From the human T2T-CHM13v2.0 reference genome, Homo sapiens, in assembly GCF_009914755.1 (NCBI RefSeq), contig NC_060925.1: a stretch of DNA of 64,000 nt. One strand, given 5' to 3'. Position numbers and translations under genes: made by a program. Position 1 is the stretch's first letter. Each line of letters begins with the position of its first letter. Positions 13,840 to 24,955 of this stretch are shown here, one piece after another. The notes below the pieces were generated by a model. The model saw only the letters and a program-made list of their open reading frames with translations, did no database searches and was not told where the DNA came from.

Positions 13840-13993
13840 GTCTCAAAGTGAGCAATCCAGGACTCCATGGTCTTTAGGAAACTGAGTTATTTCTGTCTTT
13901 CAGCTTCTCCATCCTCAGCACAGGTCCACCTTCAAGATTACCTCATGATCCAAGATTGAATCTATGACTTTATCACTGCGCCATGTTCTAAAA

Positions 13994-14117
13994 GGAAGAG
14001 AGAAGAGAAGAGAACAGAAGAGAAGAAAGAAGAAAGGAGGGAGGGAGGGAGGGAGGGAGGGTGGGAGGGAGAGAGGGAGGGAGGGAGGGAAAGAAGGAAG
14101 GAAGGAAGGAAGGAAGG
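13994..14117. repeat. Polypurine tract with (GGGA)n/(GGAA)n
   Basis: About 120 nt of almost pure A/G sequence inside an old MLT1-like element. Confidence 0.9.
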
Positions 14118-17100
14118 GTCTGCTGTATCTGCCATCTCCCCAACACCCTCTTTCTCAAGGTGGTTTCACCAACATTCCACCCCAAAACTTTTTATATCTC
14201 ATTGGCCAGAACTTAATCCCAGTACCATACCTTGCTGCTAAGGAGGCTAAGAAATGTGCTTCTTAAACTGAGCACACTGCAAGCCCCAATTCATTTACAT
14301 TAGTAAGCAAGAAGAGAATGAATATTGGCAGGCAGCTACCAATCTCAGCTACAATTCTAGGGCTGATACAGAACAACATGAGTTCTGGATGAAAGATCCG
14401 GGTGGTTGAGCATTACAAAGTGTTGGGGGACAAGGGACGTTAGTTGCTGTTGTTGCTTATTTCATTTCGCTTTGGCTGGCTTTCATCTGGCTACTTTTGG
14501 GACTTTGCTCACATCATTTCACCTCTGTGAATTTCATCAGGGCTAATATGGAGGGTGGGACTACTAGATCAACTGTGGTAAAAAGAATCTAAGGACAAGA
14601 TACAGTCCTTCATTTGTCCATTTGTTCATTCAACAAGAATCTACTGAGGCACCTTCTGTATGCCAAGTGCTGTCATAGGCAGAGAATTCAGAGATTCATA
14701 CAAACCCTGCCTCTGGGAGTTTGTACTCCATTGAAACAAGCCCAGGAAAACATCCATTATAAGAGATGGTGCTAAATTCTATATTAAGGATAAACACAAA
14801 GAAATTGGAGGTTGGAAAAGGAGCACCTAACACAGGCAGAGATCCTCAAAGCCATCTTCAGATTGCTTAAAAGATGAACAGGAACTTGTGGGTAGAGGAG
14901 GTTGGAAAGTACAAGAAGGAGATCAGCATGTGAATAGGGATGAACCCATGAAAGAGCATATCACGTTCCGGAAATATTCTCCACCCAACACTGATCCCCA
15001 GGTAGAGGCTCTGGTTTCTGAGCTTTTTCTACTGGCTTGTATTGTTTATTCTGTTCTTTTGAACTCAAGCAGATCTGGGATTGGATCCACCACCTAAGAA
15101 TGTGAACTCAAGCAAAGGGCTTCATCTCTCTGAGCTTCGGTGACTTTGTCTATAAATCCCCTCAGCCACTGGCGGTAAAGACTAAATGGGACCTCATGTA
15201 TCAACATGCCTAGCATGATCCTAACACACCAGGAGCTTTCAATGCTCCCTCCCTTCCCCGATGGCCCAGAAAGGCCCAGAAAGCCTAATTCCTTTCAGGG
15301 AACCAGAGAGACGAGACAGCACAGGTAAAGGGCTTAAGGAGGGCAAGAGTGATTTCTGTGTTGGTGGTGTTTTTAAATGCTAACTGGAACAGGAAAAAAA
15401 AAATCAGGTGAGAGAGAAACCACAATGCCTGCCAAGGAGTAGCCTGCATTGTTCGCCCCTGGAAAAGCTGCTGGCTTAGGGCTTTTAAAGCTGGGGAAAG
15501 GTCAACCCCTCGCAAAAGAACAAACTGCATGGCCCTGTGACTTCCCTCCTCTAATTCCCATAACTCCCTGTGCTGGTTGCCTCCTCTGGAACGTGGGAAG
15601 GTGATCCCTGCCCTGCCAGGGCTGTTTGGGCTGTGTGCTTGTGCTTGCAGGGCTTTGTGGATTGGAAAGTGTAGGCAACCTGATGAAGAGGGTTGTTTCT
15701 GTGTGCTTAGCTCTGCCAGCCTGGCCTCCTGACCTCCCATGCTGTTTGCTCAGCGCTACCCATGTACCTTCCCTCAGGTCCTCCTCTACCCACTGCTCCC
15801 CCTTCTTGATTTCACCTTCCAAATCCTCCCATCCTTGATAACTGCATTTCCAAGAAGCCCCTGCTGGTGATGTCGGTCTGCACTGACCTCATGCCCTCAA
15901 GATGTCTTCAGACTGGATGGCACCATGAGAGTCGCTTTCTTTCTTCTGTGTTTTGTTTTCTTTTCCTGTTGTTTTTTTCTCACCTCTCTCAGCAAGGACC
16001 ACCTGGTCTCCCACTTCCCCCATATTATCATTCTCAGAGGGCCTCCCCCAATCTGCCCTCACCCCCACCTGTTCCGAATCTAGCCACACTTTCATGCCCC
16101 AGTCAAGGCCACTCCATCTGTGTGCACCAACCTGACAATTTCAGTTCCCCAAATGTGCCATGCTTTAGCTTTCCTTCCTCATCTTCCTACTTCAGGTCTC
16201 AGTTTAGATGTCACCTCCTTGATCCTCACCTCCAATTCCGCTCAGATGAGGTGCCACTGCTATGAGTTCCCTTGACACCCTGTGTTTCCCCCATGACTGC
16301 ACTGATTCCTGCTGAAATTAACCAGTCTATGCCTTTCTCCGGCTCTTGCAAGAAACTGTATGTGAGCCAGGGCTTGTCTCTCCCATTCTTTAGAGAGAGA
16401 TCCCCAGCACTCAGGACAGTGCCTCCCCAGGGCAGCTGCATGAATGGCCTACCGTGGATTATCCTACTCTCTACTGCTTCACCCAGCACCGAACTCATAA
16501 CAAATGCACAACAGACATTATCATGGACCCATTCTGTCCACAAGCATTTATCCAGTGCCTGCTATGTGTCAGGCCCTGGCCTGGGATAGAATGATAAATA
16601 AGACTAAAGTTCCTACTCTCAAGAAGATTCCAGGCTAAAAGAGGCAAGAAACAACTGCAGTATAGGGGATGAAGCCATGAGTAGAGATACAACCTTATTG
16701 CTGTAGAAGTACAGGGAAGGAAGCTAAAACTTCATTTAGGAGTATCAAGGAAGGCTTCTCAGAGGAGGTGGCAGTTGATAGGTTCTTTTAGAAAAGGAGT
16801 TTTCCAGGTTTAGAAAAGAGGACTGGGGTTGCCAAGGTAGAAGTAGCAGCACGTGCAAAGGTAGGAAAAGAAGAAAAGGACCACTGCATTAGGGGAAGGA
16901 TGAGAAGCTTGTGGCACGAGATAAGGAGTCCAAGAGGGGAATGTAAACCATGAGGCTGGGGACGAAAGCAGAGCCCAACTGGTAAGGCAGTGGGAAGCCA
17001 GGGAGATATTTGAGCACGTGAGTCATGTCTCCAAGTTTGAGTTTTAGAATGTTGACTCTGAGCATGGTATAATCTCATTTCTTATCTTTCCGTCTCACAA

Positions 17101-17135
17101 GCTCCACCCACCATTCTTTCTTTCTTCCTACACAC

Positions 17136-17320
17136 CAGTAGTTCCCAAAGTGTGGCCCTAAACCAACAGCATCACATCATATGAGATCTTGTTAAAAATG
17201 CAAATTCTCCAGCCCCATCCTTGGCCCCATGGAATCTGAAAGACCAGGGTGGGGCCAGCGATCTGTACTTTAACTAACCCTCCAGGTGATGCCAATATAC
17301 GTCAAATTCAAGAACCACTG
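17136..17320. mobile_element. MER5A-like hAT-Charlie MITE
   Basis: Terminal inverted repeats cagtagttcccaaag / ttcaagaaccactg; internal gttaaaaatgcaaattct and ccctccaggtgatg. Confidence 0.85.
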
Positions 17321-18329
17321 TGCCTGACAATCTATCTTCTAAGAAGGGAAAGGACAAAATACCAATGTGCTTCCTTCAGCTCCAGAGTTCTCCTGAAACA
17401 CACCCACTATGAAGCTCCCCCATCAGGGTGTACTTATTCTTTCCTCCAGTAAACTTTAAACAGCACCTACTGCATAGAAACCAGAGGCAGAAGTGTTCTT
17501 CCCCAGTTCATTCTTTAATTCATCCACTGATATGTCTGTAGCCCATGCAAGGTATGTTTCACGCTTGACCTCAGACACACCTGATTTGAATCCCAGCCCC
17601 ACCGTTCTTTGCCAAGAATGAAAACGTGGTGGGACCAGGACTCCCATGGAGAAGTGAGGAGAGCAGAGGGGATCAGTACCCAGTTCTGCCTGCAGGAGGT
17701 GGGCAGGTCTGGCGGGCCCCTCTCTAGGTGTGTATGGTTCCATCCCCCTGCACAGGGTTCCTGCAGATGGGGCTCCCAGCTGTGCAGGGAAGGGCATGGG
17801 GTAGGGGCACTCCCACAAGCACAAATGACATATGTTTCGTATTATATGCACATTCTTTGTGGGAGCCCCAGTGAAAAATACACATGGCTAACCATCCCTT
17901 TCTCAGAAGGAGGGGCCCCAGGAAAGGAGATTTTGACTGCTGGCTTTATCAAGAGTCAGAAAGAGTGAACACTCTGAGTCTGTTAGAAAAACAAACTGAC
18001 TGTGCTTGGGCTTTTAATTTTAAGGATCAGGAGAAGGTCTGGATGTCAGCGGATACCTTGAAGAGCCCACCTGGGTCTCAAGACAGTGGTGGAAAGTGCA
18101 AGAGATTTGGCATCTACCCAGCTCCCTGACTTCCTTGCTGTGTGGCATTAAGAGATCCACCGGGTTCGCTGACCTTCCATTTCCTCATCTCTAATCTGAG
18201 GATAAAAGCATTTCAACTCACAGGGCAAGCATCATGGCATTTGCAAGAGTTCTTTGTTAAACATATTACATACAAGGGACTCTTTATTACATTTTAAAAA
18301 TTCAGAGGGAAATATTGATCAAAAAATTA

Positions 18330-18570
18330 TCTAGCAGCATGATACATAAGGAAGAATATGGATTTAAAGTCATACTGAACTAAATATAGATCTCACCTTC
18401 ACCACTCCTAGCTGTGTGGCCTCAGGCAAGTTACTTGACTTCTCTGAACCTCAGCTTTCTCATCTGCAAAATTGGGGTAGAAGTACCCCCCACCCATTAG
18501 GGTTGCTGCAAGGCCTAACTCTGATACCCTCTGTAAATGCCCCTGGCTCGTACAAAGTACTGGATATAGG
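18330..18570 (+). mobile_element. MIR SINE
   Basis: ctagctgtgtggcctcaggcaagttacttgacttctctgaacctcagctttctcatctgcaaaattgggg. Confidence 0.85.
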
Positions 18571-19337
18571 TGACTAACTCAGCCCAGGGGTGCCCAGAGC
18601 AGCATGGCCCACACAATCCGGATTTGGGGATGATCCAAGAGCCAGCTCTGCTCTGCACATCCCCTAGCTTGAGGGAAGAGGCTGCCTCCTCCCCTGACAC
18701 TCCTCTGAAAGCTATTCTTCAGGCTCACAGCTCTGGCAGCCTCCCCTCTGCCTCCATCAAGTTACAGACCCATTTGTTTTCCCTCACAAAGCCCTGCAGT
18801 CTGTGAAGCAACTCCCCCTCCTCCTCCAGCCTGGCAAGCTGGGCCAAGAGTTCAGCTCCGGGTAGTACAGCCCCAGCACTTCTCATTAAGGCACACAGAA
18901 AATGTCACAGCTGGCCCCATGTTCATTCCCTTGTATGTGTCTTCATCAATTTCCAGGCCCCTGGAAGCAATTCCCAGAATCCACTTCTTTTCAGCTAAGT
19001 TCCCTAGAGGGGAGGGGGAGCTTCTTAAGCCCATTCACACCCAGCAGGTGTTGGTGAGGGATCTGATCCAAGGCAGAGGGGGTGGGAACTAATATTTTCA
19101 GACCATCTCTCATGGACCAGGCTCTTTTATCCATGTCTTTCAAATCTTAACATGAGCATCGCTTTTCTGGGGGCGCTTTCCCTGATTGTCCCACCCCCAG
19201 CCAAGACTCAGTGAAGTCCTGTCTCGTAGCAAGCTGTATTTCTTCTTGCAATACTTACATGTGCAAGCATATGTTTAATGCCTTCCTTCCCTTGTAAGCT
19301 TCATGGGGTGGTGGGGGTGGGGCACAATCAAGTCCAT

Positions 19338-19411
19338 TTCATTCTCCAGTGTCTCTTTAGTGCCTGGCACCTACTCTGTGCCCAGGCACTAAAGAAACAC
19401 TGGAGAATGAA
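19338..19411. repeat. Near-perfect 74-nt hairpin inside an L2 3' end
   Basis: 19338-19367 pairs with 19382-19411 at 29/30; the host L2 tail ends gagtaggtgcttaata...(tgaa)n at about 19452. Confidence 0.95.
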
Positions 19412-21682
19412 CTACACAGTGCCTGACACGGAGTAGGTGCTTAATAGATAATGAATGAATGAATGAATGAATGCATCAACCTCATTGCAATGCTGTGCAG
19501 TAAATAGTATTATTTTCTGGATTTTGCAGAGAAAGTAACTGTGACTCCAAAGGTGAAATGTCTTATCCCAGGTGACACAGCCAGTAAGTGGTTCAGGTAA
19601 GATCAAACCTAGTTTTTTACCAGGACTTACTGCACTTGATTTATACTATGATTGAGCTGGAAACAAAACAATTTTTCAAAATAAAGAAGCTGAAAGTGTT
19701 TGCCCACAATTCTCTCTCCACCCCCAACCCAGCATGATTTGTACTGAGCAAGAGGATTCTAAGGGCTTTGTGTAGCCCACGCAAGGCAGAGGAAAGGGTA
19801 CAGGGGCTGCCCTTGTCCCCCAGCTGCCAGAGACTGGATCCTCACATGGAGCCCCGCCCGGTTTGTCCCCACCAGGGCAGGACTTGGATAAAAAGTCTCA
19901 GGAGAACAAAGACCACATTTTCCCCTGTGAAGCAGAGAGGCCACTGCCGGGGAAACAATGGCCTTGCTGCGGATCAAAGGAGCTGGGCCTGTGCTGGGGA
20001 CAAAAGCTGAGTCCCTGCTTGATAAGACTGACAACCGGCTCTTCCCCTCCTTTTAGAAAAGTCTCCAGAGAGTCCACCCCACCTTCCCAGCCTCACCTCC
20101 CAACTCTTCTCCCCTCCCCTCCCCCACACAGCAGAGCTCCAGGAATGCAGGCTAATTGCTCTTCCCCCAGCGAGCCTCGTTCTTTAACATGCTAGGCCTT
20201 TGCTTAAGTGTTTCATCTGCCTACCATGAATTTTCCCTCCTTCCCCCTTAAGTGTACTCTTACTCAGACTTCAATATTTTGCTCAAAAATTGCCTCCCCT
20301 CTGCCCTCCCTGATCCTTTGACACCTACATGGATTGCATGCAGCTGTGCATTTGCTCAGACCCCAGCTCCTGCCTGGAGTTAGAGCACTGAATTATTACT
20401 ACCACCTCCAATGCCAGCCTCTCCCTTCAGGTCGTGACCACATGGAGGCCAAGATAATTTCTTAACAATGTTGTAAATGCATTGCCAGACACAAGAGAAG
20501 ACTGATGGGCAAAAAAAAAGTATGTTAATGAATGTTGTAGAGTGAGCTCTCCTAAGCCTTGGAAATTCACTTGGGTGACATGTCTTCTGGATGAATCAAA
20601 ACCTCCCTATCTCCTTACTTTAATTGTTTCAGTTAATATTTTTTAAGTGCCTACTATTTTGAGGACACTGCTAGGTGCTTAGAATGGAATGATGAGCCAA
20701 AACAACAATCCTGCCCTCATGGAGTTACAGTCTAGTGGTTCGGGTCAGGTAGACAGACATTAATCAGCTGCATAATTTTAAAACTATAAGGACTGTGAAA
20801 GGAAAGCACAGGACAGGGCAATACAAGAGGAGATTAATTTATGCACCAATATTTGTTGAGAGTTCACCATGTACTAGGCTGAGTTTGAGGCTCTGGCAGA
20901 GATGCATCCTTTCTGGAGCTAACCTATCCTATAACAGGGGAAACTGGTCCAGGCTGGGAAGGCTTTCCAGAGGAAGTGATTGCTGAGCCTGATTTAAGGG
21001 ATGAGTCACCATTAAGGAGGCAAGGGCAGAGGGTGGGAACAATGAACGTTATTTTATGATTGGTAGTGAGATGGGGTTGCCTACAGGAAAATAGAGTACT
21101 TCACTAAAATGCCCACAGAGAACTTGACAGCAGAAGTTGGCAGAACAATCCAAAATGTGTGAAGGTCAGATTCAAAGGCCCAGAGAGACTCTGTGATTTG
21201 CCCAAGGTCACCCCCATGCCTCTGGTAGATGGAGAGAAACAGAGTCCTAGCTCCAAATCGCTGCCTCACAATGCCTTGCAACTCTTAGATTATTTGGGAA
21301 GACGCTCTCTAACCTGAAAAGAGCCCCCTGGGATTAAAGGGCAAAGTATCCCCAGGAAATGCCCTTCTAGAAGAAAGACCAGGTTCAACCTGGAATTTCC
21401 TATAAAGAGAATGCTACTTTACCATAGTAGAAATAAGAAGCAATGCCTTCTGATGTTGTGTTCGTTCAATAACTATTTACAGTTTGCAATGCACTTTCAC
21501 ATAAATGGTCCCATTTCTTCTCAGAGTAACGGTCAAGCCCCAGGCTTTGGGGTCAATGAGACCGAGTTCTAATCAAAGCCTTCCTATTAACTGTGACTTT
21601 GGGCAAGTTATTTCACCACGCTGTGCCTGAGTTTCTTCATTTGGGATCAGTGGTCTTTCTAGCAAGGCTATGGCTAAAATGG

Positions 21683-22057
21683 TGCATTAGTTTGCTAGGG
21701 CTCCATAGCAAAGTATCACAGACCTGGGTGGCTTAAACAACAAAAACTTATTATCTCACAGTTCTCCAGGCTAGATGTTTGAGATCAAGGTGTTGGCACT
21801 GTTGGCTTCTTCTGAGCCTTCTCTCCTTGGCTCATAGATGGTTATCTTCTCCTGGTGACCTACATGGTCCTACCTCTGTGTCCTAATCTCCTCTTCTTAT
21901 GAGGGCACCAGTAGTATTGGATTAGGGCCCACTCGAATGACCTCATTTTAAATACCTTTTTAAAGACTCTTTCTCCAAATATAGCCACATTCTAGGGTAC
22001 TAGGAGTTAGGGCTTCAACATATTTATTTGTGGGGGAACATAATGCAGCCCCTAACA
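21683..22057 (-). mobile_element. MaLR solo LTR (MLT1B-like)
   Basis: tg...ca ends; gtggcttaaacaac...ctcacagttct...gagatcaaggtgttggca; flanks aatgg/gatgg. Confidence 0.85.
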
Positions 22058-22499
22058 GATGGAATCAGGTTTCTACATTTCTGCACAGTGCCTGGTGCAC
22101 AGCAGATACTGGGTAGGTGATAGGTGGCATTGACATTGGCATTTCTGGGAGGGACTGTGGAACAGATGACTGCTGGTTCTCCCTCTTGTGCTCTAAAGGA
22201 CAACCGGGGCCAGGCACGCTTGGTTCTAATCCTGTCTCGCTGCCTGGATGACCTTGGAAAGATCTTGGTGCCTTCTGTTTAGTAACAACAAAGGAGATGC
22301 ACCCCATACTATCTGTGCTCCTTCCCTTCTCACGTAGTTCCATTGTAAGGCCCCAAAGCTTGCCACTCTAAGAGCAGGACAGGAAGGAGGCAAAGGTCCT
22401 GCCATTTTCAGTACCATTTACTCACAGAAGGTGCAGCTTGCTGCTGCTGTTTCTGTACATGTGAGTGGAAGCAACTTCAGAAAACATTCTCTTACCTTG

Positions 22500-22720
22500 C
22501 CTTTCCCCTACTGCCTTTCCCAGAAGGTAGGAGACAGCAGTTTTCCCAGAGGCAATCAGTTAAAATATTTTTGGATACAGAACACATAACTTAGGGAGAA
22601 ATCCTGATAAGACCCATTGTCCCCGGATTACCCACTGGCATCTTAGGCCAGATTCATTCATCTGGCAGCCTGCCCTGCCCTGGCATGCCCAGGACAGCTG
22701 ATGCTCCAGGAGCAGGTGAA
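22500..22720. promoter_or_regulatory. Candidate GATA/E-box/STAT enhancer
   Basis: TTCCCAGAA 22517-22525, TGATAA 22605-22610, CATCTG 22659, CAGCTG 22695, CAGGTG 22713 in unique sequence. Confidence 0.35.
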
Positions 22721-23497
22721 CACGGTCAGAATATCACCTTGGAGGTAATTTTCTCCTTGTGCTCCTTATTCACTGAGATGTTAAAAGAGGTTGTTGGTGT
22801 TGTGGGGTTTTTTTTTAAAGACTATATCAGCACATCCTATTTGTAGCATGAACCCAGGCAGTTCCTAAAGACTGGCTTTAGTCTATTGTGTTTGCTTCCT
22901 CTTTGAACCCAGTCAAATCAAGATAGTGAAGCCAAAAGAGATGAGTGAGCAGAGGAGAGACGCTGAAATGGCACTTTGACACTGCAAAAAAACAAATGAG
23001 TTTTGAAAAGGCACTAATTGATCTTTAGGCCAGTGAGGCCTTATTTGGGGGGTGTTCTTTGTGCTCCACTCTGAGCCTCATATTTTGCATTGATTTTCAA
23101 AAGGACTCATGCTCATTGCAGAAAACTTGGAAAATAGAAAAATGCAAAGAAGCATAATATATATATACATATGTACACATGCACACACATACAACCCATA
23201 AGTCTGTTGTCTTAAGATAATTATTAAGATAATTGCTGTTAATGTTGGGATATGTTTTACTCTAGTCTCACTTCTTGTGAAGTTGAGATCATACTAGAGA
23301 TAAAGTTTTATATCTCTGTTATTTTAATTTTCATTCTATCAAAGGCATTTCTTTTCAAGAAAAACTTTAATGTCTGTATAATATTCCAGTACATTGATGT
23401 ACTGCTGTGACCTAACCATTCTCTTGTCGTGGATATTTACATTGGTTCTGTTTCTCTTTTAAGGGATAGTTTCCCCTGATTTGTTGGGCTTTTATAA

Positions 23498-23878
<381 letters not shown>

Positions 23879-23982
23879 ATGCTGCATTCTTAAAACAACC
23901 GTGAGAATTAGGTAGTATTTGCATGTAATGAATTAGGCTCACAGAAGCCACATGATGAAAGAGAGCTATTAAACTCCAAACT

Positions 23983-24287
23983 GCTGGGCACGGTGGCTCA
24001 CGCCTGTAATCCCAGCACTTTGGGAGGCCAAGGTGGGCGGATCACGAGGTCAGAAGTTCAAGACCAGCCTGACCAACATGGCGAAACCCCGTCTCTACTA
24101 AAAATGCAAAAATTAGCTGGGCATGGAGGCGCGTGCCTGTAATCCTAGCTACTCGGGAGGCTGGGGCAGGAGAATCGCTTTAACCCGGAGGCAGAGGTTG
24201 CAGTGAGCCGACATAGCGCCACTGCACTCCAGCCTGGGTGACAGGGCAAGACTCCGTCTCAAAAATAAAAAAAAATAAAAAAAATAA
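23983..24287 (+). mobile_element. Alu (AluSg-like), 13-bp TSD
   Basis: TSD aaactccaaactg at 23971 and 24288; gatcacgaggtc diagnostic. Confidence 0.97.
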
Positions 24288-24399
24288 AAACTCCAAACTG
24301 AAAAAGAGCCCGCTTTATTAGACCTCAAGCCCCATGCTCTTTCTACCGCTTTATGCTTCGCGTTAAAAGGTGAACAGTGGGAACATGAACCGTCCGACA

Positions 24400-24955
24400 G
24401 TTGATCCCATTATGAAGAGATGGAGGGACTGGAAATTCTGCACCTGGAGGAGAAAAGACTTGGAAGGCAAAGATGTCTTCTGGCATCAGCCAGGTGGACA
24501 CACTGGTGAAAAAGCAAGCAGGCTTGTCCTGCGCTTTTAGAGGGCAGAACTATGACATCAATACGGCAATTAGAGTTGATTTCCATTCACCATAAGAAGG
24601 AAGTGTGAGGCTATGGATAAATACAGGAAGTTTGTCATATAACAGACTTGAATGTGAACCCCTGCTCCATTCCTTCCTGATTGGGTGATGTTGGGCAAGT
24701 CACTTGAGCTCTATAAGACTCATTTTACTTAAATTTAGACCATGTGAAGTTAATCAGAGGATTCGAAGCAATATGATTGAGTATATGGGTTGGTATCTAT
24801 TAGGAGTTCAAAAAATGGTTACCATTACTTTTAACACTAAATTACGGCTGTCCAACCCTGGAATGGGCTACATTGAATATTCAAATAGATGGGATACCCA
24901 TCTGTCCAATATGTGGTGGAGGCAGACAGAAGTTGAACCAAGTGATCTCTAAGTC
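24400..24955 (+). mobile_element. L3/CR1 relic interrupted by a MIR
   Basis: ctggaggagaaaagactt...gagggcagaact...ctgtccaaccctggaatgggct...tgatctctaag; MIR core at about 24640-24830. Confidence 0.5.
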
